A stretch of DNA of 63,997 bases, counting the filler, from Stramenopiles sp. TOSAG23-3 (Eukaryota): the NCBI GenBank assembly GCA_900128585.1. It is 14 parts of 14 records of this genome, joined end to end, with 100 filler letters (N's around TTAATTAATTAA, not from the genome) between each part and the next. Parts side by side here need not be neighbours in the genome. Positions count along the whole stretch, not along the records: positions 32,256 to 36,759 come from LT643807.1; positions 36,860 to 41,362 come from LT643808.1; positions 41,463 to 45,963 come from LT643809.1; 11 more parts are not named here. One strand, 5' to 3'. The translations under genes were made by a program, and so were the position numbers. Each line of letters opens with the position of its first letter. Positions within the stretch are counted from its first letter, which is position 1. The notes beneath the pieces are model-generated. The model searched no databases. It saw only the letters and a program-made list of their open reading frames with translations, and had not been told where the DNA came from. Positions 33,185 to 45,803 of this stretch are shown in pieces.

Positions 33185-34399
33185 TTAATTGCAGGCAAAC
33201 GAATTCCACGCTGCAACGATGGCCTTCCCCACTGGCGTGGGCTTCCCGCCGTCGGCGAAAACGTAATACCCGCCCTTCTGCCCGATCCAGTCCAGCGTTG
33301 GCAAGTTTGCTGTTAATTCAAAAGCGTCAAAAATGGGTGGTGCTGCAGCTGTGCTGGATGTATTGAACAGCATCCTGCTTCTTTCGGACATGACGCAGTC
33401 CCTTGCCCGCCCTAGTTGGTCATTCTTGATGACCCGGTGCCACTTCACGTGGGGCGCCGTGAAATACAGGACGTCGTTCAGTTCGTGCGAACTTTCCTCC
33501 TTCTGCAGAATCTTGTAAGTGTTTGCGGCCGCTTTGCACGACACATCCCACAGCCCCGTCGACATGATCAACGTGTCTGGCTTGGTAATGCCGTAACTGG
33601 CTTCAAACCGCTTCCTTGCATGGATAAATTTGAGGTCGATGTTGGTGTTCGTCGTGCCATCGCCTTCCAAAAGTAGGTTCCAGTCCCTCCAGTGCTGGTC
33701 AAACGCCTCGGGGCTCTTAAAAAATCGAAACGACAAGCGAAACGATCCCCCGCCGGCAATGTTCGTGTCCTCAAAGATGGCATCCCTATCACTCCATAGA
33801 GAGTCCCCATGCTTGTCGCGCGAGTCCCCCGAAACGAACGAGTACTTGTAGTCTAACGCCTCCATTCGGGAAAGCACGGCTTGGAACGCCTCGCGGGTGT
33901 TGGCGTCGCCCGCAAACGTTACCCACCGCCGCCGGGCCCAGCAGCGGACAACTGCCTTCGCGGTATCTTTGTCTTCAAAAAAGTCCCAATAGTCGTTAAT
34001 GTCGCACACATTTTTCTTCTCGCTGGTCCACTCGCCCTTGCTCGTCCATTTTCCCCGCTGCCTCCTGCCGTAGCCAAAGCAAGAGGGTGGAGGGCGTTTC
34101 AGCGCCGTCGGGAGGGAGGCTTCTACTTGGTCCTCGTCCAGGCCAGCGGTGGGCACGTTGGAGGCCACCGCCGCCGCTGGGAGAAGAGGGACCGAGGCTC
34201 CCCTCGGTTGCTGCAAATTAACGCTACTCGCCGACGTACCGTTGCTCCCACGGACCACCCACTTCTGCTTCAACAATTCTTTGTAAACGTCGCGGGCATT
34301 CGCAGTCCCCCGAAGCGGTGACACGCACAGCGACGCAGGCAAGCAACACGCCAACACAACACAGCACAGAAGGCCCCCGAAGCGCCGGACGACCGCCAT
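33185..34399 (-). CDS. PC-esterase/TBL-like SGNH-fold protein with altered catalytic motifs
   Basis: Signal or anchor peptide; G.W...C; WVTFAGDANTREAF (GDS block); PDTLIMSTGLWD; terminal IFDAF...DGGKP. Confidence 0.7.
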   Translation of the reverse strand: MAVVRRFGGLLCCVVLACCLPASLCVSPLRGTANARDVYKELLKQKWVVRGSNGTSASSVNLQQPRGASVPLLPAAAVASNVPTAGLDEDQVEASLPTALKRPPPSCFGYGRRQRGKWTSKGEWTSEKKNVCDINDYWDFFEDKDTAKAVVRCWARRRWVTFAGDANTREAFQAVLSRMEALDYKYSFVSGDSRDKHGDSLWSDRDAIFEDTNIAGGGSFRLSFRFFKSPEAFDQHWRDWNLLLEGDGTTNTNIDLKFIHARKRFEASYGITKPDTLIMSTGLWDVSCKAAANTYKILQKEESSHELNDVLYFTAPHVKWHRVIKNDQLGRARDCVMSERSRMLFNTSSTAAAPPIFDAFELTANLPTLDWIGQKGGYYVFADGGKPTPVGKAIVAAWNSFACN

Positions 34400-35754
34400 T
34401 ATTGTTTATTATCTCTCTATTCTACCAACAGCAGGCCGGTCCTGCGGTAGGTACATAAACGTTTCAAATGTATACACCTCAATAGTATGTATGCATGCGC
34501 CTGTGTCTCTCAGTCTCGCACTATTATAATCTCCTCTGGACTTCTTATAATTGGATTAATCATTTTAGCAATTAATCTCGTACACAAAATCAATGTGCAT
34601 ACCCGCCTCGCCTCGTATGGAGGAGGTCGGTATAATATATAGGTATGATATGGAGGGTGCATCGCCTGATGAGAAGGACGTCAAGAAGTACGTGATATAA
34701 AAAAACGAGGACCAATTATTATACCAAGGTACCAAATTACCCCATTGGACCCATCATTGTTTTCTCTAGATATTTAATTAAGAAGACGACTATTATTTTT
34801 TATTAAATATAAATAGAAGGAATTAAATAATATAAAATAAGAGAAAAAGAAGAATGAAAATAAAAGGCATCATCCATCCCATCCTATTTGACCTTCTATT
34901 GCACGTCCTGTTTTCTTGTATAATATAGAACCTTGGGCAATGTAATATGCATCTCTACTTCGAAACACTCACAGCTCACAGTTGGATTACTACAGTACAG
35001 TAGGAGTTTTTATTTATCGAATAAAAATAATAAAGTTGACAACATAGTCTACGATATCTGTACTTATAAATATATTAGACTTGTATCTTTAAAATTCTTT
35101 TCTTCTTCTTGCCCATTGTGTCATACTATTATATAGCTTTCGTATTACATTATAAAGACGATTAGTAATAAAACGAATATAATAACTACCTGTACAGTGT
35201 CCGGAGTCAATAATATATTTTAGATCGAAATTATTTAACTAATAATCGTTACACCCGAACCATTCCAAGCTGCAGACCAGCAGAGAGAGAGAGAGAGAGA
35301 GAGAAAGAGAAAGAGAAAGGCCTTGATAATTTAAAATAGATACTGTAGATATAGTATTAAATTAAATAATTATATAGGACTAATAGTAATACAGTAGAAA
35401 ATAAAAAATTGACACAAACTAACGTTTCTTTTTTCATTCTTTTCTTCTTCTTCCTTGGTGGTCCACTTGGGTAATTATTATTATGAATGATGTACAACAG
35501 GCACAGAGTGTAATGATAATAATATAGTAGTATAAAAAATAATATGAAAAGAATGTAATCGTTTCACTCACGATTGAATAATATATATAAAAAAACAAAT
35601 TATATATAATATATAATATACACATTTGATTTTTATTTTAAAAGAAGAAACCAGCGACTCCGTTGAATTTCATCAATTCATTCGTCCTTACCGTTTTGTG
35701 CATTTTTTTTCTTTTTCCCGTTGCAACGATTGGGCGGGATTGCGTAAAGTCAAC

Positions 35755-36759
35755 ATGGTAAAGACGCTAGCTCCGTCGCCCTTGTCGCACAGCCAATTGG
35801 CACGGGCCCCGAAATTGCCACCGAGGATTTCGAGGCCGTGCGATGCGAAGAAGAAGAGGAAGAGTTATCGGAGAGGGAGGAAGTTCCAGGTTCCAACGGG
35901 TTCGAGGGATGGGGGCAGCGAGAAAGTCACAAAAACCATTATCGCTGGGAAAACTGCTTTTCCATCATTGGTCTCTCCGATGGAGTTTGTGCGTTTGCAA
36001 AACCAAGTAGGGAAGAAGGCCTACGTCAATCCACTCTGCCCTGCGGACTCCTCTCCCTGGGAGTCGGAAGACAAACCCAGCATGGGGGTCAATTTACCCC
36101 ATAGAAAGGTGGAGCAGCGGAAGAAGAAGGTCAAAAAGCCGGAAGAGGAGCCGCTGTCTCCCCTCCCTCCGTCCCCGCCCGTTCGGGAGAAGCCGAGGGT
36201 GGTTCGGTCAACGGCGGAGATGTTTCAGCGAGAGCAGAACAGGAACGTCTGGAAGCTTGGACGTTTGAAGAAGAAGCTGATCATCGTGTTTAAAAGGCTG
36301 TCAGAGCAAACTGAAAAACTAGACAAAACCCGAAAATTGCTGGGGACTGGTTGGAACCCGGAGCCTTTCACGATGCACCAAAAAGCGACCATTCTGAAGA
36401 GAGAAAAGTTGCTGACGACAGTGCGATCCCGGCTGCACGGTCGCATGGACAAGATTGAAACCGTAAAAGTGCAAGTAAACGGAATCAGAAAAGACCTTAT
36501 GCACTCAAAAAACATATTCCAGCGACATTTAGAAGATCTGCGCGGTTTGAAGAGGAAGACGGCAATGCTACGAAACGAAAACACCAATCGCGATATCGAT
36601 GGTATTCGGGAGGATATAAGAGAGATGAACATGGTGGACTCGGCAGAGGAAGCCAAATTTAGAGAAGAGCTCCTCGGGCTGCGCAGCGCGCTGCGAAAGA
36701 ACAAGCTGAAAGCCAACAAAAAGTCCTTTGAAGGTTCGAAACGAGGGTATGAGCCGACC
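35755..36759 (+). CDS. 5' fragment of a coiled-coil protein
   Basis: ATG at 35755; Pro-rich then charged heptad region; runs into the linker. Confidence 0.65.
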
Positions 36760-36859
36760 NNNNNNNNNNNNNNNNNNNNNNNNNNNNNNNNNNNNNNNNN
36801 NNNTTAATTAATTAANNNNNNNNNNNNNNNNNNNNNNNNNNNNNNNNNNNNNNNNNNNN

Positions 36860-38787
36860 TTATGCTCCATTTTTACCGTGCAACCAAAGTAGGAGTTTGT
36901 GCACATGACAATTCTGTTTTCGCAGTGTTTCTCTTCGTGATCTTTGACGTTTTTGAATTTTATCTTTTTGCCGCATTTTTTCTCACAGTAGACCAATCTT
37001 TCGACACAGTGCCTTTCCTCGTGATACTTGATTCGATCTGCGCGCCCGACATATCCACACTGCAACTTGCATGGAGTGGGAGCTGCCAGTTGCCGTTCTC
37101 GCTCTTCTTTCGCTAATTTGTTTGCAACGCGCTGCTCTGAATTTTTAAACAACTCTATTATGTCCCCCAAACCCATCCGTTTGGCATAGTCCATTGCTGA
37201 CCTGCCGTTTGCATCCTTAATGGAAACCGCCTCGTTGTAAAAATGTATCCATTTCTTCTTCAATTTCAATTCTCTCTCTTCCTCCGTCCGAGATTCATTG
37301 GCCTCTCGCTTAATGCGCTCCCTTTCTGAAAATGACCATGCCAGTATGCTTTCAAGAAGAAGAGATACTACCAATTTTCTGTTTTGCACCGTTGCCTTTA
37401 TCAATGCTGTTTCTGCCCATCGCCCAACACCACGATTAATGTCTGCCTTGTTAGCTATTAAAAGTTTCACCAAAGCAGGGTACCCAGATGCCGCAGCCCA
37501 GGACAATGGAGTGTGCCCTAGTTTTCGCACCTCTTTATCTACATCCGCACCCGCCATGAGCAGCTGCTCAACGTACGTCCCATCGTTGTTTGCAGTGGCG
37601 CGCACGAGTGCGGTCCAGCCCTCGTTTGTTTCCCCGTCCAAAAAGTAACCCTCGGTCCAATCCGGCATGTTCAATGTAACGACAGCGTTGTCATATGTAT
37701 CACGAGACAGTTGGTGGGCAGCAGCCGTTTTGCAGGCTTCCATAACACTCTCCAGGTGGTTTTTCATGATGGGGCCCATTATCTCTTTTTTCAATTTCTC
37801 ATTTAGTGTTATCAAATTGCGCTGCGCAAACAGATGTTGGGCATTGTACCGAATGCCGCGTTTCTTTTCGATCACTTTCAAGATGGCCTGCTCCAAACTT
37901 GCCGCAACGCCATGCTTCCCTGCCATTCGGGCCCAGTCTAACGCGGTTTTCCCCTTATAATCCGTTTCAAAATGGTCGATATCGTCTGACCAAGACAAAA
38001 ATAAGTCTACTATGTTTTTGTGCCCCCCGGCCGCAGCTTTCATTATTGGCGTGCGTTTGTCGTCGTTTTTCAGGCTTAAATCCGCGCCCATTTCCAACAG
38101 CATCGATACTGCACTGGTTTCCCCAATAGCGGCTGCTTGCATAAGCGCCGTGTTCCCGTTTTTAACTCTCATGTCAACCGGAATATCGCTGTTATTACGC
38201 AGCATGGTCAATACAAGTGCAAATTTGCTATTCTGAACACCAGCCGAATATTTTGCAACAAGCCTTGCTGGGAGATGCGCGCTATTGTCATCGTAGTGTT
38301 TCTCCACGTCAGGTTTCATCTTTAATATTTCTTTGGTAGAAGTGGGCTCAGTTGGCACTCGGTCCCACGCTTCGGTCACAATGGCCTTCCCTTCCAACAC
38401 CTGCTGTTTCAGTTTCATTCGTCGTTGCCTCTGCCTCTCATACCTCTCCTCGTCCGTTTCAGTTTGACGGGAGAGAGCCAATCTTAGCGCTCTCTTGGGG
38501 CCGCTGTTGGTGTCCTCCTCAAAAGTGCCGCTGCGTACACCTAACAGCTGTTCCTCCCAAGCCCGTTGGCTCTCTTTTACTGTTAACTTAATACGGGATA
38601 AAGTTTGCGGAACCCACGGCTTATCAGCCGGCGGCTGCGCGACTGTGCTTTCTAGGCTCTTAAAAAATGACTCGGCGTTGGGATCAGGATTTACATGTTC
38701 TGGAATTTGATGCACGGCGCCTAGTTCGTCCCGGTACAGGGCCGTGCTCCGGTACTTCTCCCCGTCACTAGACGGACGAAAGTCCAT
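36860..38787 (-). CDS. Ankyrin-repeat protein with TRAF-type zinc fingers, 3' truncated
   Basis: NGNTALMQAA, RTPIMKAA, GKTALDWA, GHTPLSWAA; C-terminal C..CG...HEERHCVERLVYCEKKCG...HEEKHC.NR.V.C.N..FGC. Confidence 0.88.
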
Positions 38788-39515
38788 GATAACGGTGGTC
38801 TCGCACGACGGTAATAGTGTTACCAGCCAACACAATTTTCGTTCAGAGACAAGCTACGCAAGGCGGTTGGGTAATTGGTTAGGAGGGAGTGGTGCTGTTC
38901 TGTTCTTTCTTATTGACGATTTGTCCACTGGGCATGACTGGACTAGTAATCGCAGGCCGATAGAAACAAACTGGGAAGCAATATTACTACGACGAGTGCC
39001 AAACACAACCGCTTCTTCCGCCCCCTATTATTTAGTATATGAAATAGTAGGAATTGAGAGTTTTTATCTATCATCAGCTAAAAGAAACATCCAATGCTGT
39101 GTCAATGTCAATTTCACTCTACCGTTATGGATTATTGTAAAAAAACACTTTAAATTCTGCAACATTTTACCCTAATCTTAACATGATAAAAAAGAAAAAA
39201 AAGAATAATTATATATATTTGTCTTTTTTTTTGGGTGGTGGTTGGTGCTGCCGAAGAATAAGACGAAAGTGAATGATGAGTGAGGAGCGCAGTACAAGTC
39301 CGCCAATAGCTAGAAGAAGATTTTGAAGGGATGAATTGAATGAAAAGAAAGTATACTTGTATTCAAATTGAAACGAAAAATTATTTACCATTTGTTGGAT
39401 GTGGTATTGAAAAGATTAATTACGAACTATTGTGCATTGATACAGTGGGGAAAGGAGTGATAGTTTGTTGAACAGGATTTTTTAAAGGTTCTTTATTTAC
39501 TCGTGGACGTAAACA

Positions 39516-41283
39516 ATGAGTTTTCCCAGGAAACGTCCTGCCCCGGGGAAGCGGCAAAAGGATCTTATGGAGATTATACCGCTCGGTTCGGGTGCAGAGG
39601 TGGGTCGGAGTTGCCACATTTTGCGTTACAAAGGGAAAACCGTGATGTTAGACTGTGGGATGCATCCGGGGTATACTGGGCAGGGCGCGCTGCCATTTTT
39701 CGATGAGATTGACCCGGAAGAGATCGACCTGTTGCTTATCACACACTTTCATTTGGACCACGCCGCGGGGCTGCCGTATTTTACCGAGAAGACTGCCTTT
39801 AAAGGTCGGATATTTATGACACATCCCACGAAGGCAGTGCTGAAGATGATGATAGCTGACTCGCTTCGCGTATCGTCCGAAAGCATGCTCTTTAACGCAG
39901 CGGATTTGGACAGATGCTTGAGCAAGGTGGAACTCATAGGCCTCCACCAAGTTATGGAAGTGGACGGGATTAAATTCTCGTGCTACAACGCAGGTCATGT
40001 CCTTGGGGCCGCCATGTTTATGATTGAAATCGCTGGTATCCGTACCCTTTACACGGGCGATTACACCCGGGAAGAAGACCGTCATTTGATGTCGGCGGAA
40101 ATACCGAACAAGTCCCCAGAAGTGTTGATCTGTGAAGCAACGCTCGGGAAAATGATACAGCCAGATCGCCAGTCTCGGGAAAAGCTGTTTCTAGACCATG
40201 TCGAAAAAGTGTTGAAGCGAGGTGGCCGCTGTTTGATTCCCATGTTTGCGCTGGGGCGCGCGCAAGAAATAATGCTGATATTAGAAGAGCACTGGGCCAA
40301 AAGCCCCCATCTGCAGCGCTACCCTATCTATTACGCTGCACAAATGGCCGACCGAGCCTTGCGGGTGTACCAAACGTTTGCGAATGTGATGAACCGGCAC
40401 ATAAAGGAAAAACTGAATGTTCGCAATCCCTTTAGATTTAAACACATTCACCAACTTCGCAGTATCGATTCGTTTGACGACGACGAGCCATGCGTGTTTT
40501 TAGCGAGCCCTGGAATGCTCCAGAGTGGCGTTTCCAGAAAATTGTTTGAGCGCTGGTGCCCCGATGAAAGAAACAGTTGTTTCATGCCAGGGTATGCCGT
40601 TGAGGGAACGTTAGCTAAAAAGTTGCAAGGCGGTTCCCCGGACGAAGTACTGGCGCTGAACGGCAAAATGCTGCCACGCCGCTGCAGTGTGGAGTATGTT
40701 CCCTTTATTGCCCATGCCGACTTTAAAGAAACGAGCGAATTTGTTCGTACTCTGCAGCCCGCAAAAATCGTCTTAGTACACGGCGAAGAGAACGGTATGC
40801 GCAATCTAGGCAAGGCCCTGGCAAACATGATGAAGCCAACGCACGACAAAATCGAAGTCCTGACTCCCCGGAACACCGAGGTCGTTAAATTTCAATTTAA
40901 GCGAGACAAGATTGCCCGTATTGTTGGGCACCTGGCGGACCAGAAACCATCTGCTGATCAAGTCGTCAATGGCATTTTTGTTACGGAAAATTTTGTCCAC
41001 CACATAGTAGCTGCCGAGGACGTTTCGACGTACACGCGCTTGAGTTTGAATAAAATCAGTCAGCGGATTCACGTTCCCTACCCCGGAAAGTATGACATGT
41101 TGAAGCTTTATTTAGGGGATGTTTTCGATTTGGACTTCGTAAAGGACGCCCCTCCTGGGTCTGAACTTTACAATAAAACAGACAAATCGGAGAAAACCCC
41201 ATCGATTATTGTCAGCAAAGTGATAACTGTGACCCACTGTCCGCCGGAAAGGGTATTGCTCGAGTGGGACGCTTCGCCAGTGA
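39516..41283 (+). CDS. CPSF3: CPSF73/Ysh1 beta-CASP endonuclease, 3' end replaced by a chimeric join
   Basis: PLGSGAEVGRSC, THFHLDH, AGHVLGAAMF, YTGDYTREEDRHL, FALGRAQE, ASPGMLQSG, AHAD, LVHGE, LEW.ASPVN. Confidence 0.97.
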
Positions 41284-41844
41284 ACGAAGAGAAACACTGC
41301 GAAAACAGAATTGTCATGTGCACAAACTCCTACTTTGGTTGCACGGTAAAAATGGAGCATAANNNNNNNNNNNNNNNNNNNNNNNNNNNNNNNNNNNNNN
41401 NNNNNNTTAATTAATTAANNNNNNNNNNNNNNNNNNNNNNNNNNNNNNNNNNNNNNNNNNNNTTGATCGAAGTGATTATGATTGTTTACGAAAACTCTAC
41501 GAATACAAGTACACGATGTACCAGCGATGGATAGGATCCTGCCCGATAAAGTACACCTGGAGTACACGAACCCTACTTTTAACACTACTTTGATCGAAGT
41601 TATCATAATAATAATTAATTTAATAATGTATAATAATAATAATAATAAAATAATAAAAAAAGAAAGAGAGATAGAAAGAAGAAAATAGACAGAAGATTGG
41701 ATCCCCCAGGAAATATAGATTTGTCATCATGAAAAGAAAAAGGTTTAATAAATATTGAAAAGAAATACCAGATATACATCCCAAACAGTCGACGTTAGCT
41801 TTAAACATTTTCATACAGTTTGCAGCGTAATTAACAAGAACAAC

Positions 41845-43521
41845 ATGGCAAGCGAACGTGAAGCGGAGTTGGAAAAGATACGACGGAGAATGGCCAAGCC
41901 GTCCCCGACCGCGCAACCGGAGTCCCGGAGCGACCCAACGAAACGAAAGTTTGCGGGCGATTTTCTTGACGAAGTGTTTCAGCATATCGATCGAAGCCAA
42001 GAAAAGTACGTTTCGATACTTGCTGAGGGCGTGGCCATACCAGGTGTGTCGGCTGATCCAGCACGCCGCAACGACGTTATTCGTATGGTGAAACATACGG
42101 AGTCGCTTTGCAAAGCGCTGGGGGGCTCCACCAGGCTATGCCAACTTGGAACGCAAAACATTGGGGGCACTGTGGTCCCATTGCCGCCCGTATTGCTCGC
42201 TCAGTTTGGAGACGACCCGTCCAAGAAAACCGTGATGATTTATGGCCATTTGGATGTTCAACCGGCCAAAAAAAGCGACGGCTGGTCCACCGACCCGTTT
42301 ACCCTCACGGAAATTGACGGGAAGTTGTTCGGTCGAGGCTCAACTGATGACAAGGGCCCTTGTCTTGGGTGGCTTTGCTGCATCGAGAGCTACCAAAAAA
42401 TAGGGCAGCCCCTGCCGGTAAACATCAGGTTCGTCTTTGAAGGAATGGAAGAGTCGGGGTCGGTGGGTCTCCCAGAGCTAGTAAAATCATTGGCCGTGCC
42501 AAACGGTTACTTGGACCCGAAAAAGATCGATTTTTGCTGCATCAGTGACAACTATTTTTTGGGGAAGACGAAGCCTTGCGTTACCCACGGCCTTCGAGGC
42601 AATTGCTACTTTCATTTAACCATTGAAAGTAGCTCAAAGGACCTTCATAGTGGCGTCATCGGTGGTTCGGTTCACGAAGGCATGATTGATCTGGTACATT
42701 TGATGGCGAAGCTGGTGGATAGCCACGGGAACATCCTGATCCCGGGCATTAACAACAGCGTGCGCAAGGTTACCCCAGAAGAAATGGAGGTCTACGAAAA
42801 GATGGATTTCAACTTGGCAGCGTACCAGGAAGATGCTGGGGTCAACGGCATCTCCGATAAACTTCTGTACAAAACGAAAGCTGAAATCTTGATGCACCGC
42901 TGGCGTTTCCCGACTTGCACGATCCATGGTGTGGAAGGCGCCTTTGACGGGGTTGGCAGTAAAACCGTTATCCCAAGAAAGGTCATTGGAAAGTTTTCAC
43001 TTCGCATTGTTCCGGACCAAACCCCGGATGAGATTGAAGGACTGGTGCGTGCTTATCTTGACCAAGAGTGGAAGAAGCTCAATTCCCCAAACAGATACCA
43101 TTTGAAAATGGCAAAGGGTTCTTTGCCATGGATCTGTGAGCCCACCAGCCCGAATTTTGTTGCGGCCAAGAACGCCGTCGTGCGGGTACACGGTATTGAA
43201 CCAGACCTCACCCGTGAAGGTGGCTCCATTCCTATCACATTAACCTTCCAAGAGTGCACAGAGAGCGACGTTGTCCTCCTCCCAATCGGCGCCTGCGATG
43301 ACATGGCCCACAGTCAGAACGAAAAAATTGATAGAAGGAACTATTTGAATGGCATGAAACTGTTCGCCGCGTATTTGGTCGAATTGTCGAAGCTAGGGCA
43401 GAAGGACCTTTCTGTCGCTCAGGCAGCAACAAACAGCACGGCCAAAAGAATCAAAAGCTGGAGACGCCGATGTCGAAAGGATCAAACAAGGTTTGGCTGC
43501 GAATGCTTGGAGTGCCAGTAA
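41845..43521 (+). CDS. CNDP2: Cytosolic non-specific dipeptidase (M20A; CNDP2/Dug1)
   Basis: YGHLDVQPA, GRGSTDDKGP, EGMEESGS, ISDNY, DLHSG, REGGSIPIT, DDMAHSQNEK. Confidence 0.95.
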   Translation: MASEREAELEKIRRRMAKPSPTAQPESRSDPTKRKFAGDFLDEVFQHIDRSQEKYVSILAEGVAIPGVSADPARRNDVIRMVKHTESLCKALGGSTRLCQLGTQNIGGTVVPLPPVLLAQFGDDPSKKTVMIYGHLDVQPAKKSDGWSTDPFTLTEIDGKLFGRGSTDDKGPCLGWLCCIESYQKIGQPLPVNIRFVFEGMEESGSVGLPELVKSLAVPNGYLDPKKIDFCCISDNYFLGKTKPCVTHGLRGNCYFHLTIESSSKDLHSGVIGGSVHEGMIDLVHLMAKLVDSHGNILIPGINNSVRKVTPEEMEVYEKMDFNLAAYQEDAGVNGISDKLLYKTKAEILMHRWRFPTCTIHGVEGAFDGVGSKTVIPRKVIGKFSLRIVPDQTPDEIEGLVRAYLDQEWKKLNSPNRYHLKMAKGSLPWICEPTSPNFVAAKNAVVRVHGIEPDLTREGGSIPITLTFQECTESDVVLLPIGACDDMAHSQNEKIDRRNYLNGMKLFAAYLVELSKLGQKDLSVAQAATNSTAKRIKSWRRRCRKDQTRFGCECLECQ

Positions 43522-44084
43522 TATATTTCTTTCTTCTTTCTTTATTCTCGATCCTCGTACCCTATCAATACCACTACTTTTAAAAATATTACCGTAATTC
43601 TCGGTTTAAGCTCTGATAAATGCTATCTCCCTATAATATACATCACATTCTAGAAGGGGAAAACAATACATCTACACAGCATTGTAGAAGAGTTGTTTTT
43701 TGCAACAGCTGCTGCTGAAAATCTAAGCTTGTTTTTTCTGCCTATCCTACAAGGTACACATCATTACCAATCAAACTCGAAAATTCTGCCGTGCGTCACA
43801 AAAAAAAAAGAAGGAGAACAACAAGCCTTCATTTACTACTACGACGTATTACCGTAGTATTACCAGGTGAATTATGTACTTTTTTATAGTGAAAAACATA
43901 AGAATGTACATCAAGTAATCATCCATGCATACGATATAATGAACGGTAACGAAATTTAAAACTGAAATGGAGCACTTGATGAGAATGAGAACAAATGAAT
44001 ACTATTCTGAAACAAACGGAATAGCCGAGAGTTGGTAAACGTTAAGATTCTGATACTGAACAGTAGCCAAGCACACGCTGTGGA

Positions 44085-45803
44085 ATGAAGACGAAGCGTG
44101 CAAGGAGCTCCGTCAGGAGCAGAAAGCTGCGCGCGCCTTGTGGCGAAAAGCAGGAACCGGTGAAACATACTGAGAACAGTGGCTATTTTCTGTGGAATTT
44201 GGTGACAGACTTTATTACGAATCATCGCTGGGTGTTTGTCATATGCTTTGTGCTGCCCATGTCCTTGCTTTTTGATTTGTTCTACTACTTTCGTGAAAGA
44301 TACATAAGGCTTTTTTTTTCAGCTCCAAAACTGCACGACGAAAGGGTACGAAAGATTCAGCGTGAAATTCAAGAATGGAAAGACCGTAATGACGGCACAA
44401 CATTGTGCACTGCGCGCGGTGGATGGCAAAGCATCAGTCCCCAATATAGATTGTACAAAAATAAGTCGACCCGCATCAATGTTGACTTGCACGATATACT
44501 CGAACTTGACACCGACGGCTTGACGGTCCGCACGGAGCCGTGTGTAAACATGGGCCAATTAAGCCACTTCCTGATCCGGCATGGGTTTACGTGTCCCATC
44601 CTTCCGGAAATGGATGACCTAACGGTGGGTGGTATGATCATGGGAGTCGGCATAGAGACCTCGTCTCACAAATATGGTCTTTTCAACGACCATGTAAATG
44701 TGGTCGACATGGAGCTCGTCATGGCCGACGGGAGCGTGGTCACTTGCGACAAAAAGAACAACAGGGACCTTTACGATGCAGTATTCTGGTCTTATGGCAC
44801 GTTGGGTTTCTTGGTGTCTGTAAAGCTGAGGATTGTCCCTTGTGAGCCCTACGTCAAGCTAAGGTACATACCATGTCACACGCCAGATGATGGCGTGAGC
44901 GTGTTCCGTGGACTTAGTGAGAGCGAGGATCCACCTGACTTCGTGGAGGCACTTGCCTACAGCAAAGACAAGATGGTCGTTATGGCAGGCACTTTTGCGA
45001 CAAGAGAAGAGGCTTCCACCAACAGTCATTTGCAAAACCCAATAGGACGATGGTATAAACCCTGGTTCTACAAGCATGTAGAAAGTTTCTTGGGGGTTAA
45101 GGAAGTGGGCGAAGAACCGTCCTACGAATATATCCCACTACGGGATTACTACCATCGCCACACGAGGAGCATATTTTGGGAACTCAGAGAAATTATACCG
45201 ATTGGGAACCATCCCGTCTTTCGATTCTTGTTGGGCTGGGCGGTCCCACCAAAAGTCAGTTTTTTAAAGCTGACACAAACCAAGGCGTTGGCCGAACTCT
45301 ACGAAAAAAAGCACGTGATTCAAGACATGCTGGTTCCAACTTCAAAAATGGCCGAGGCGCTGACAGTCTTTCACAGGCACTACGAAATTTACCCTTTGTG
45401 GATATGCCCGTACCGGGCGTACGATAACGGTTTGGTCTCTGGTGACGGCACGCCGCATCGTGGGTTTCTCCGTGCTCCAAAGAATATTGCCGGCGGGAAA
45501 GATTATGAAATGTACGTAGACCTTGGTGCGTACGGTATCCCGAAAGCAGTTCAAGAAAAGAAACCGTTTGATATTGTTACTGTTAGTCATGCTGTGGAAA
45601 AGTACGTTCTGAAAGTAAAGGGGTACCAAATGCTGTATGCTGACAGCTACTTGAGCAGAACAGACTTTCGTAAGATGTTTGATCATTCTCATTACGACCA
45701 AGTCAAGCGAAGGTATGACCCTGAAAACGCATTTCCGCAAATATATGAAAAGGTCTGCAAGAACGCAAAGGTGTATTGGGAAAAGAAGGCTGACTCACAA
45801 TAA
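44085..45803 (+). CDS. DHCR24: Delta(24)-sterol reductase (DHCR24/DWF1)
   Basis: LCTARGGW, LPEMDDLTVGG..MGVGIETSSHKYGLF, WSYGTLGFLV, YIPLRDYYHRHTRSIFWE, HVIQDMLVP, YPLWICP, GYQMLYAD. Confidence 0.96.
   Translation: MKTKRARSSVRSRKLRAPCGEKQEPVKHTENSGYFLWNLVTDFITNHRWVFVICFVLPMSLLFDLFYYFRERYIRLFFSAPKLHDERVRKIQREIQEWKDRNDGTTLCTARGGWQSISPQYRLYKNKSTRINVDLHDILELDTDGLTVRTEPCVNMGQLSHFLIRHGFTCPILPEMDDLTVGGMIMGVGIETSSHKYGLFNDHVNVVDMELVMADGSVVTCDKKNNRDLYDAVFWSYGTLGFLVSVKLRIVPCEPYVKLRYIPCHTPDDGVSVFRGLSESEDPPDFVEALAYSKDKMVVMAGTFATREEASTNSHLQNPIGRWYKPWFYKHVESFLGVKEVGEEPSYEYIPLRDYYHRHTRSIFWELREIIPIGNHPVFRFLLGWAVPPKVSFLKLTQTKALAELYEKKHVIQDMLVPTSKMAEALTVFHRHYEIYPLWICPYRAYDNGLVSGDGTPHRGFLRAPKNIAGGKDYEMYVDLGAYGIPKAVQEKKPFDIVTVSHAVEKYVLKVKGYQMLYADSYLSRTDFRKMFDHSHYDQVKRRYDPENAFPQIYEKVCKNAKVYWEKKADSQ

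Noticed and set aside
41284-41362. Apparent CPSF73-TRAF zinc-finger fusion and TIRs on contig 9
   Set aside because: Exact 79-bp inverted copy of 36860-36938 from the ankyrin/TRAF gene; chimeric artefact
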